This document shows positions 12,431 to 24,700 of a stretch of DNA of 64,000 nt, piece by piece. The stretch covers positions 62,001 through 126,000 of the forward strand of contig JAQGDQ010000169.1 in assembly GCA_030141605.1 (NCBI GenBank), in the 5' to 3' direction. Origin of the DNA: Tubiluchus corallicola. Lineage: Eukaryota > Animalia > Priapulida. Numbering within the stretch: the first letter of the stretch is position 1; each line of letters opens with the position of its first letter. Made by a program: the position numbers and the translations under genes. Under the pieces are notes generated by a model. It was not told the DNA's origin. It worked only from the letters and a program-made list of their open reading frames with translations, and made no database searches.

Positions 12431-14351
12431 ATACACATTTACTATCATGTGAGCCAAAGACTCAATAGATAGCGTGCTCACTAACTAGTGAGTTTATAAT
12501 TTCTGTATTTTAGCAGCACGTCTCAAAAATTTTCTGTCTGAGTTGTTTCTATTTAAATATTTAATGGATTTCGTGTTCACAGCTATTTTAATTGGGCTCC
12601 TAACAACACAATACTTACTCAAGTGTACATCCCAGAATGAATTAGAATTTATTTGAAGACTAAACATAGACATACACGTTTATTTTTTAAAATAAAGTCA
12701 CAAGAATTCCATTTTACCAAACACAATACTTTGTCCAAGGAGATGGGGGTGTGGAAAGACCGTATAAGCAGTATGAGGAAATTATGACATTCTCCAACTG
12801 TCCTAAACTAACCAAGATCACTGACATAATCAAGTAAGTTTTGTTGTTACTCACCATTAACAAGAAGACAAATTATGTAATGAACACACAATTGCAATAT
12901 GGTACAAGTAACTTTTTGGTAAGGGTGCAAAAATAATTTTGTATTCATTTAGTACAGAACAATGTAAGTACCACCCTTTATGTACAAATATACTGTGTAA
13001 GTTAATACAGTAGTGTCAGGAAATAAACTTAAACCATGTCCTGGTTGTTGGAGAATGGCAAATAAGTAAGCAATTTATTTGCCTCCAAATTTTTACAAAA
13101 TGAAAATAAACAAAAGTAAAAAAAAATAATAAAGATGGAAAAAGATGGGATGGTGAAAACATAAACTAAAAGGTATCAAAGTCAGCCACCCAAATTCACT
13201 AAACCAGCCAGACAAGTAAAGTTTGAAAATTGCACAAACACATTACTGCACATGGTCAAAGTACCATGCTTAGCAAACTTTTAATGATCTCTCAAATTTG
13301 GATTAGGTTATCTGTGAAAATAATTAAACTTTCATTTATGCACCCATTCTGTTTTTCAACATTCATTTCCATAATTAATATTATTATTACAGTTTCACAC
13401 AATAAATTTCACACAAAAGGTTTTAAGGAAATGATGTAAATTAAATGGCACGCTTACAAATTAATTAGTGCAATGATCTTAGACGTCTGCACTTTACACT
13501 ACATTTCTGATAATTCAGTACATTTGCAAAAAATCACCATTTTGAAGGCCACCAAGTTATGGGCCTGTTATGTGAAGCTATTAATAAAGAGTGACTCAAA
13601 GCAGAATATTGGGGGTAAACCAAATTTCACGATTCATTTACAAATGTACTCTTACATAATTGTTATTATGCCATAATGACAGTATAACAAATGACATGAT
13701 TATCATATAATTAATTATAACACAATTATTTGCCAGAAGGCTGGCAGCTCTACTTTCTATGCTCAACTTTTAAAATTACTGTTCTATTCACATTGAAATT
13801 ATTTTTTAAATTTACAAACAAATATTAACATAACACTTTATCATAATAATTATGTCTATATTAAACATAACTACAGTAGAATAGAATAACAGGTACGTTA
13901 GACCATCAGGCAGTAATATTAAGTTAACATAGAAAGACATAATAAACTTAAACTGGCAAACAATAAAAATTAAAAGATTGACAACAAAACAAGAACAAAA
14001 AACAACAATGAAAATCAATGAAAATACATATACATTTTGTGTCCTTTTTGTAGAGCAATCAAAACTCGATAGCACCATACACAGCCATAAGCGGGAGTTT
14101 GATCTTCAGAAAACAACAACACAATGAAATTAATACCGCAAATAATTTTGCAAACTAAATCTCTGGCAAATGACATTAATTTATATTTACAAGCAACTGC
14201 CAAAGCCAGAAATTTGTAAAATGTACGTTTACACAGTCTAGATGCATTAAAATGCACATAATGTAGTTGCACTTTGTTAACAGTAAGTATTTCAAATAAA
14301 TAACTAGAATTAAGTAAATTCATTTGCCTACAAATGGAAAGAATTAAAATA

Positions 14352-14834
14352 CAGTCATCTTAGGATATAAAGAACACCTCCGGACCAGAAGAAATCGTCC
14401 CTCAAATCAGATGTTCCTTATAGCCGAACTTCAGTCAGACCGAGGGTGCATCTAGACCTGTACTTTTCTGTAGTTTTACCCATATTTTTATGGATCATTG
14501 GTACACATTCAGTGCAAACGGTATGCAGGAAGCTCCTTCAGTGATGCGATATGTATGTGACTGCAGAAACCGAGCTATTCGACGGGCTGAGTTTGCAAAA
14601 ATTGAGGCTAAAGATCGATCAATTTTGCTTTGATCATAGGGTCCCTTATATGCGAGGTAATTCACCTGGGTTTCTATTATGCGAGACCTGAAGATATCGT
14701 CCCTTATAACCGAAAGCCCCTTATATCCGAGTACCTTATATACGAAGATTTTTATATAGGAAAAACGTTACATAAAATCGGGACCAGTGTTGGTGGTCCC
14801 TTGTAAGCGAGTACCTTATACCCAAGGTTGACTG
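14352..14834. mobile_element. Tc1/mariner-superfamily (pogo/Tigger-like) MITE
   Basis: TA|CAGTCATCTTAGGATATAA... and ...TTATACCCAAGGTTGACTG|TA form imperfect TIRs with a TA target duplication; repeated internal CCTTATAnCCGA subterminal motifs. Confidence 0.75.
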
Positions 14835-15783
14835 TAATTGATAATGAAAACGAGTAAATCAACAATATGCATACATTTTGCCTTCCTTGTGCAGGAAACT
14901 CACCCATAGTTTCTATAGAGCCAAGAGCAGACAATTTGACCATCAGGAATTAGACATAACAGCATACCAAATTTAACGCAAAAGATTCGGAATGAACAAT
15001 TTTTGGAATGAAAACTAAATGATGCAAAATTGACTTTTGGGCAAACAGTATTAATATATACATATACAAATAACTAAGTAACATGCGGCACTTGACAACT
15101 ATCAATATACATGATACATACATGTATCAAAACAATACAAATTGCAGGTGGAAGCTTACACAATCAACATCTGCACTGCATTTTGGAGTTCCACTGGATT
15201 ATGGAGACAAACATCTATGAATGTACCAGCTGCATCAACAACAAGGGAAATATGTTGCAATTTCCAGTTTTATTTGCTTGGTCCCCAAGATGAAGGTTAC
15301 TAAAGCAGTATAAGTATCAAATCTATTTTTAAAAAAGTAAAATTTAGCATAATCAGCTTGAAAAGCCCACATAATCCTGTGTGATCTGATGAACTGTCAT
15401 CAAGCATGGCACTGGGTAAATGAAACACAATAAGCCATCATAAAAAACACTATCAGCTGCACATAGCGAGTAACAAGGATTATCATAAACCACATCACTA
15501 AACAGTCGAAAGTCCACCTTGTGGCGACATCCACACAGTCGAATTTAGTTTTTCATTTACAAGTTTACAGTGTATTTAAATAAGTATTAAGCAGTGCTCG
15601 TTTTCCAATCCCAAGGAAGAAATTATGAAAAAATTAACAGAGCAAATATGAAATGAATCAACATAATGGAGTTTTGATGAATGATCTAAAGTCTTACAGT
15701 CTCGTTTCAATTATTTAATGCTTAAACATGAATAATAATATAACAAGTAACAACATTGTATAAGACCGACTTACAGTTATAGT

Positions 15784-16365
15784 TTATGGAGCAAGCATTT
15801 TACAGCAGCGTGTGTGTACTCGCAAACTACTCGACTGACTGAACCGCTTTCCACAGGCAAAACAGCCATATGGTTTCTCACCCGTGTGTGTCACAACATG
15901 CACTCTAAGATTTCCCGAAGTGTAAAAAGCTTTACTACAATATTCACATTTATATGGCTTCTCTCCTGTGTGCATTCTCACGTGAGTTTTCAAGCTACTT
16001 GACTGAGTGAAACATTTATGGCAATGCTCACAGGTGTATGGTTTTTCTCCCGTATGAGTTACAAAATGTACTTTTAAATTTCCTGATGTTGCAAATGATT
16101 TGCCGCACTCGCTGCAATTGTAAGGTTTGCGCTGCAGGTGAGACTTCTTATGCATGTTTAGAGCACCTGACTTTGTGAAATCTTTGTGGCAAATATCACA
16201 GCAATGATGCTTCTGGGAGTGTGCGACTAGATGCTTTTCCAAAGAACAAAAGCTATCAAAATAACGATTGCAAATATCACATCTCAATTTTGAATTGATA
16301 GTTACATTAAAACTGTCACACTGTTTCCCAGAGAAATCTTGGGACTCTGCTTGATCACACTCCAT
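15784..16365 (-). CDS. C2H2 zinc-finger protein, six fingers (last is C2HC), ~193 aa, single coding exon
   Basis: Intact ORF with CxxC...HxxxH fingers and three HTGEKPY linkers. ATG at 16365 lies 17 nt downstream of a splice acceptor (TTTTGTTGTTGCAG, AG at 16384-16383). An upstream coding exon cannot be excluded. Confidence 0.88.
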   Translation of the reverse strand: MECDQAESQDFSGKQCDSFNVTINSKLRCDICNRYFDSFCSLEKHLVAHSQKHHCCDICHKDFTKSGALNMHKKSHLQRKPYNCSECGKSFATSGNLKVHFVTHTGEKPYTCEHCHKCFTQSSSLKTHVRMHTGEKPYKCEYCSKAFYTSGNLRVHVVTHTGEKPYGCFACGKRFSQSSSLRVHTRCCKMLAP

Positions 16366-16949
16366 TTTAAAAGAAATAAAGTCTGCAACAACAAAATGCA
16401 AAAAAGTATAATTCAGTTAACAAATGCAGTAAACTTTCCCTATGCTGGGACAAATTTGGGAAAGGATAGCCCAATATAACAGAGGCACATATATGCCCCT
16501 CCAACATATGAACTATGATATTTTATTTCACACATAAAACTAAAACACAGCTACAAAAGTAATAATATCGATGAGCAAATTTAGTTTGTGTGAGGGGAAT
16601 GTAGGACCAAGTGGTCATTTACACATTCCCCTATATATTAGAAGATTCCCCATAATTAGTTCAGGAGCAGGCGGGCTGTACAAGAATTCATTGTAACAAG
16701 ACATTATTATTTGTATAAAAATGATGATTAATTTATTACCGTATATTATATATTACCGTAGATCGACAGGGCGAACCCTGTAAGTAAGCTTTTTGCCCAT
16801 AGTTGTCTCTCTTGTTAAACCTCTGTTAATTGTTTTATCACAAGTTTTCTCTCTCGCCTTTTATATTTATGTTGTCTCTCTAAAGTTGTCTCTCAAGTGG
16901 AAAAATATTATAATTACGTTATATTTAAATTGAAATAGTCAATAATTTG

Positions 16950-19900
16950 ATATAGTAAAGATAGTAAGGGTAATATTTATGAGAAAAGATTAATTTTTGT
17001 ATAATATTAAATAAACATAACTAACATTGAAGGCGGTAGAAATTATTGAGGAGATTAGAAAATAACTAATATTTGTAACAAGAAATAGATCATAATACTA
17101 TCTGGTTAACACTTAACTGGAATGAATTGTATAAAAATCAGGAACAAGAACAAAAAAATAAGGAAGAAATGTTTTCAATCAATCAAGGAAGTGTAAAAAG
17201 AGGAAAAATGAAACTACAGAGATCAATAAACTATTAAAAAGGAGAAGAATAATAAGAAAGGAGAGGAAGCAAAGCGGTAATTTGAGTCAAAAAAAGTTAT
17301 TGAAAGCAAGAGAACAATTAATCGATGAAATAATATATAATAAGAAACAAGAAGAATACAGAATCTATTATGAAGAAAATATCCGCTAAAATAAGAAGTG
17401 ACAAGGGTGTTAGTGCAAATGCATTCTGGAAATTTAAAAAAAAGAATGGATAAAAGATTAAGAAGATATCGTGGCAAGGAATAATGATCTAGGGGAAACA
17501 GTTGAAATGCCAAAAAACTAAATGACATATTTAAAATGTATTATAAGGACTTGTTACAGCCTAGAAATGCAGAATCCCAAATGGATCAAGAATGTGAAGC
17601 AAGGGTTAATACATTTCGACGACGATTACAAATCGTGGGCAAGGAATTTGAAACACACTTAATAATTGAACAAGAACTTAAAGAGGAAATAAAAAAATTA
17701 AGAAAGAAAAAAGCAGCAGATCAGAGAGGCTGTAAAAATGAAATGTTGATAATGGTGGGTGAGGGACTAATTAGTAGTCTAGCATGTATGTAAGAGCACT
17801 ATGGCTTCAATTGTGCCAACACTCCCCTCTGTCACTTTGGTTACATCCTACTTAGGTATATTTAGGTGACGTAGGCATTACTACTTAACCGTTAGCCTCT
17901 GCCCAATCTGGGCTTCCCTGTTGTAAGCCAGCCGTAACATTACCACCTTAAGCTGATGAGCCTGCTGCTATGAAACTTCTTTACTGTTTTCAATAAAATA
18001 GTTTATTTTGCTTAAATCTGTACAGTTTGATGTTTTCTGTCAGTGATCACATATTTTTATGCCGTGACACTCGAGTCAACCAGACTTGCGGCACAGTGAC
18101 ATTGCTTGTGGATAGTTTTTTTGTTTTCTTAGTTGTGCTATATCTTTAATTACCTTTTTGGACATGACTGTTCTACACGTCGACTCTGTCTCTGATGTTC
18201 TTCATCTTAAGCTGCTATCGTCAACATCGTCTCACCTGGACAGTGGTGTAACGCAAGTACTATTTGAATACTTTTAGCACGTTTGCCCTGTTTCTTTTTT
18301 CAATTTTTGGCCTCCTTTTTGCCTTTTCTACTAACACGTTGGTGGTTGGCATAAATTTTCATGTATTTTCTTATTTTTGACATATTTTCCTTTTTTTAAA
18401 TTGTTGTAATGGAAGGAGAAAATGGGCAGCAGCAGCCCGCAGAGCAACAGCCTACAGAACCACAAACCATTCCTAAAGTCGTAGCGGTATCAAACTCAGG
18501 ATTTCGGTATCCAAATTAATAGTTTGGGGAACTCATTTAATGTCATTCAACAACTAAAAGACATACCAAAATTTTCAGGCGAGGGAGCCACGTCTGAAGA
18601 CTTTAGAAAGTACATTGACGAACTAGAACAGGTTGTTAACTTAGATTTGTCTGTCACAGACACTGATGCAGCACTCAAAAATTTACTGCTTAAATCAGTT
18701 AAAAGGGAAGCGACACGTTTTCTTATGAGCAAAGAAGATGAAATGCGCCAACAGACTTGTTGGATTTAGCACATATTGCGCTGTCAAAATTACGATAAAA
18801 AAAAGCTGAATCTGTAACAAGTTTTGCAGACAAGGTAAGTAAGCTGGCTCATTGAACATATTCCCAGAGAGAAATTAACGAACCCTACATTCAAGAAATT
18901 TTACTCAGACATTTTTGTCACGGATTAATCTCTGATACCATTCGTAAACATCTTATTCGACACCCGCCAGAGAATTTAGAAGCAGCTATTCAAACTGCTC
19001 AATGTGATCAGGCAGCAGAAGATATTTGTAAAATAGTTAGAAGACAGTTGGCGCCCCTAGAACGAATGGAGGTAGATACAATATGTGAAGATACGACCTC
19101 TAATGTAACCAATCAGTTGCATGATACTGTACAAGATATTACTAAAATTATAAAAGAGTTAATTCAAGAGGTGCGGTCCCAACCTTTAAAATCAAATAAT
19201 GGCCCTACAAGTCCTGCATCACAACCATAAAGGTAAAAAAATCGATCATACTCCCAGAGAACTGGTTCGTTTCGGGGTTACAGAAACTCCTTTGTTAATA
19301 GAGGGTTTGGTCCTCGTAATTTTCAGCAGAGACCATTTTATAGGCCTCAAAACAATACACAATGTCGGTCTCAAACCTTTAGACCGCAAAACTTTCGCAC
19401 TTTTCGGCAGGATACTCGTCCAAGTGCCTGTGAGAATTATTCAAGTTGCGCTAATTGCAGACGGCAACCAAATAATTTTCGTAACATGCGAGCTGCAGCT
19501 GGTTCAGTGCATAACAACCAGCGATCGGTAAACTAAGTCGGGCTGTGCCTAATCACGGCCCTGTACAGCCTACATTTAAGCGGCCCAAATGTGTAAATAT
19601 GCACATAAATGATTATGAACTTATTAATTGGACACTAGTAAATGTCAAAATTGCTAATGTACCGTGTGCATCTCTATTAGATTCTGGGTCTGGCGTCAGT
19701 TTATTATCTGTTAAAAATTGGGAGAAATCACCAGAACAACAACGTAAATTATCTACACCTCATAGTGAAATGACTTTAGCTTCGGACCACAGTGTAACAG
19801 GGAAGCCAGCTGTAACATTATCACCTTAAGCTGATGAGTCTGTTGCTATGAAACTTCTTTACTGTTTTCAATAAAATAGTTTATTTTGCTTAAATCTGTG

Positions 19901-21185
19901 CAGTTTGATGTTTTCTGTCAGTGATCACATAAGTATGTTTAGAAGAATAGAAGTGACTAAATATCAGAAACTGGAAAAAAATGAAAATAAAATCCTCGTA
20001 TAAAGAGGGGGATCAAAAAGAAATATGGAAAATAGAAGAGGGATCTTTTTAACAAGTGTGATTGCAAAATTGTTTGAGAGAATTATAATTAATAGGAATT
20101 TTGAAATTCTTCAAAATCAAGTGAGCATATTACAAAATGGAGGGAAAAAACGGAGAAGTACATCTGATAATTTGCTCACATTAAGGGCAATAATTGATTA
20201 CAATAGGATGCTGAATAATGATATTCACTTCCTATTTGGGGATGTAGAAAAATGTTTTGATATGTTTACGGGATTCAGTAATTGATATGTGAAAAATGGG
20301 TGTAAATGCACAGCACTCATTGGTGTATAACATGAACAAAGAGGTAAATGTAATAATTGAAACCCCAATAGGATTAACAGAAGGTATCAAAATAATGGAA
20401 TCAGTGAGACAAGGCACTCCTTTTGGACCAAAATTATGTTCAGTTACACTGAATGATGTGATAATAAAAATTTCCGTAGTAAATGTATAAGCCCTAATTT
20501 AACTATTGGACTGATGTTATATGTAGATGATGTGATAGCTGTATGGTCTCAACAAACAATAAAGAAAGCAATAGAAAATTTTAAAGTATTGGAAAACAAA
20601 AAGAAGCTAACATTTAGTCTGAAGAAAACTAAATATATGAACACGAAATTTACTAAGTCAAGGGATAATAAAGAAATAGAAGGCAAATTAAGAAACGGAA
20701 TAATCCAGAGGGCAGACCAGTATAAATATTTAGGTGAATGGTTAAATGCAAAATGCAACTATGAATTATTACTTGAAAAAAGAATGAAGGCAAAGTACAC
20801 GATAAGAGAAATAATGAGAATCGGAAATGAGCAAAATGTAGGTAAAATAGCAACAGACGTAAAATTACTTATGTATGAAACTATGAATAATAATCCCGTC
20901 AGTATTGAACAATAAGGAAAAACAGAGGATATTAAAAAAGATGAATGGGAGAACTTGGAAAAATACAAAAGCAGACGTTAAGAAGAATTCTCAATCAAAA
21001 AATTAGCACTCCGTACTGGAATAGGTTAACAGCAACAGGTACGTGGCCTATGCAAAAAGGGGTTGACCATTAAAAAGGCTAGTATGTTCGTTAATTATTA
21101 TTCGTTGATGAACTCAGATGAAAACAGATCAGCAAAACTAGTACTTGAGCAAGAAAAAAGGAAAGTGAAGCCAGTGAACCGCTGA
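16950..21185 (+). mobile_element. Degenerate non-LTR retrotransposon ORF2 (clade uncertain, RTE-X-like), interrupted by an LTR element
   Basis: ANAFWKFKK, KKLRKKKAADQRG, ENRRGIFLTSVIAKLFE, DVEKCFD, VRQGTPFGP, YVDD and YKYLG across ORFs 17536-17793 and 20025-20915; many stops and frameshifts. Confidence 0.85.
17789..19929 (+). mobile_element. Internally deleted Ty3/Gypsy-like LTR retrotransposon (5' LTR, gag, protease, partial 3' LTR)
   Basis: 5' LTR TG(17789)...CA(18051); its 3' half recurs at about 19803-19929 with few mismatches. PBS-like TGCCGTGAC at ~18060 (tRNA-His type). Gag motifs IPKFSGE, ESVTSFADKV, MEVD; protease LLDSGSGVSLL. RT, RNase H and integrase are missing. Confidence 0.88.
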
Positions 21186-21368
21186 GAATATATATATATA
21201 CACACACTACAAACAACTAAAATGACCACTCGATTAATTTACTATTAATTTTTACCCGTCTGGCTTTGCTGTCTGATATACATTAAAGTTTTCAGATGTC
21301 TTAGAGCGCAATTTTAAGAACAGCGCGGTGTCACAAACGGCAACCATAATGACCACCGGCATGACAGC

Positions 21369-21756
21369 TAGGGGTGAGCATTCTCTACCAGAAAGCAAAA
21401 TCGAATCGAATCTAATTTGTGACTTTCGAATTCGAATCGAACTGAACTTCAGTATTTGGAATTCCAATCGAAATTGGAAAGATTTTCGAACAAGTTTTCA
21501 AACCACCAGTAAAAATTAGTCTTACAAAGATCATGCATTTACTTGATTTTGTTCTGCAGTAAAACTGCTAATAATTTGTTTAAAATTGTGCACAAACATC
21601 ACAGGTAAATTATGCTGATTGCATAATCGTTTTAATGATAAAGAATGCATGTGATTGAAATGCTGAATTATTCGAATCTACAGTTTTAGGTTCAAAACGA
21701 ATTTGACATAAAAGAACTCGTTCGAAGTGCATGTTCTTTTAAGTGAATCACACTTA
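21369..21756. mobile_element. Degenerate hAT-like MITE with (TCGAAT)n subterminal repeats
   Basis: Starts TAGGGGTG, followed by clustered ATCGAATCGAAT/TTCGAATTCGAA; weak right end CACACTTA; no clear TSD. Confidence 0.4.
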
Positions 21757-21759
21757 ATT

Positions 21760-24700
21760 CTTGAATTTGTTTGTTTATGTGTTCTTCAATCTCTTCTTCT
21801 TTCTTAGTTTGACCTACATGTGGCATAAATAGCTTTTTATAGTAACTAGAGAAAATATCAAATATTTCTTTTGGATCTTACAAATTACATCGTCATCATT
21901 TTTCATAGCTACTACTTCTTCTATTTTTTATTTTAACTCTTTTCCCTAAATTCCCAAAAGACATCTGCATTAATTCCACCATCTTTTTTACGTGAGATAT
22001 AATGTTATTTATCCTATTAAAATATCTTTTTTGATCATCTTTATGAATCATTTCATCAATTCTTTTTTTGCATATTCTCAGAATTTACTTCTTACTCTTT
22101 CTGACACCATATCTTTTCTTATCGCTCTTTTCTGTTTTTTAAAAGTCTTTGTGTTTTAGTTAAAAACTTTGTTTTCTGGATTTTGATGTTTTTAAAGTGC
22201 TGATTGATAACATTTGTGATATTTCGTTGCCATTCTGTACATAGGCTTTGTACTTCCCCTGTTGTTTTTGCCATATTTGAGACAACTTCATTTCTGCCAT
22301 TACTTTTCGAAATTTTTTCAGCCACTACTATTTAATCTAATTATTGGCTCCTTTTGTTTTTCTTGACCTTTATATAATTTCAGGAAATTCATATTTATTA
22401 TTATCGAATTGTGATCAGAATAAATAAATACTTTGTATTTGGTCTCCTTTTTTCCTAATACTGTGTAGACCAAAAACTTTTTCTTCATCAATTAATGCCT
22501 TATTAATTACATTTATGTCATGTTGTAGCACTGCTACATAGTCAAACACAAATTTCTGTTCACTGTGTACTCGATTCCATAAACCATTTATTTTTTCATG
22601 ATTATTAATCATTGTAAATTTTTCAGTTTCTAATAATTCCTATAATTTAATTCCAGCAAATGTTGTCTCCTCTTTGTTACCCTTTATGATGTTTCCCACC
22701 TTAGCACTGACATCCCCTACTATTAATAATTTTTCGTGATTTAACTTTGCTGTTCTTACTCGTTCTTTTACCTTAATATACATAGAATTATGATTAATAC
22801 CTTTCTGATCAATTCGTGATTCTCGAGGTCCGAATATTAAACCTAATCTAATTTTAATTCTGTTATTATTTATTAAGAGCCACAAAGTTTCCCCATAATC
22901 TGTCTCCGAAGACACATTTATTGTGACTGTTTTAACTCATTCAATAGCAATTAAAACTCCACCCCCTTTACTTTTGGTTCGATTATTTTAGAGTACATAA
23001 TATCCTGGAATATCAATTTGCTCTTTTTCACTTAAATACATTTCCACTAACATAATTACTACTGGTTTAACTTCTATTATTTCCAATAAAGATTCATGCC
23101 TTGGTTTCAGACCCCTTACAATTTGAATATAGCACATTAAAAATTTTATATTTACTTTTATGCTTATTTGACCTTTTCTGTTTGCCCCTTTTTACCCTTT
23201 TACTTAATAACCTTGACTTTGCAGATAGTTTACATTTCGTGTCTGAGTTGGGAACTGATCTGTTGGGTACTGACCTGTGTAACATGTCCATGCTTCTTGT
23301 TTTGATGTGTTCCACCGATAAAATTGATTCTCTGCAGCAAAAAATCCACTTTTCTAGAAACTTCATTTACTGCACTCATTGTACACTCTGTGTAGCCATT
23401 TGCCTCATCAGGTATTGCCCTTTGTGCATATGATTTATTGTTACTTTTCTCCTGTGTATCCCAAGCAGATGCATTTCTACTCCTTTTTTCTCGTCTGTAT
23501 GTATTAGTAGATTTCTTTCTTCTCAGTGTTATATTACTGAGAGTTCACACTCTGTATATTCATGTCTAAACCTGCATTTATTTCCGTATACACATTGAGT
23601 GCGTCTATCAAGATTCCGGCATAGTGATCTTCTGTCATTAGACTTTTCACGCCAGCCACTTTTAAGTTAATTAAATTGCTAATCAGATAATTATGAGAGG
23701 CGAATTTCCAACGGTATGTAAAATGGCAAACGTGACTCCAATCCATAAAAAAGATCCAAAATGTGATCCCATGAATTATCGCCCAATTTCCGTAATCCAT
23801 TGTTTCGGCAAAGTTTGGGAAAGGGTAATTTATGATCAGATAAATTCATATGTAAATAAACATGAACTTTTATCAAAACATCAGTTTGGCTTCCGTAAAC
23901 ACCATTCAACCATTGACGCCCTAATACACACAACAGAAAATTGGAGACATAGTTTAGACAACAAGCAATACATTTTAGCAGCATTTTTGGATTTAAGTAA
24001 AGCTTTCGATAGCATTAATCACGAACTACTTTACGATAATTTAAAACAAATCGGATTAGATTCGATATCGTTAAAACTGATACAAAATTATCTCAAAGAC
24101 AGACAACAACGAGTAAAGTTAGATACAACCAACTTTTCTGACTGGGCCACGTTAAACAGAGGTATACCGCAAGGAACACTACTAGGTCCGTTATTATTTT
24201 GCCTATATATAAACAACATATGCAGTGTATTAAAACACTCACAAATAACGCAATACGCTGATGACACTACAATCTACATAGCCCATGAAAATGTCCAAAC
24301 TGCAAAAAATTATTTAGAAGAAGATATAAAAAATATAAATATGGCAATTATTCATTACAAGCTAAAAATGAATAATGACAAAACAGAATTCATGATACTG
24401 TCACCCTCATTAAATACTAATGATGCATCATCAACCACTTTTACAATAGATAATGCTGTAATCAAACAAACTAACAATGTTAAATTCCTGGGCATACAAA
24501 TAGACAATAATCTTTCATGGGATGATCACTTTAATAACATATACACAAAAATGGCATCTAGCACATCATATCTCCGACAAGTTAAAGGGCAACTAACAAA
24601 GGAAACTAAAACACTAATATATAAAACTTTAGTTCTACCACACTTCTTATATGGATGTACGCTACTTCAAAAAACCAAAAGAGAAAATTACTTAAAATTA

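Noticed and set aside
16366-16401. N-terminal extension MHFVVADFISFK of the zinc-finger ORF
   Set aside because: Starts at a non-ATG codon and overlaps the polypyrimidine tract and acceptor; the intronic part is not coding.
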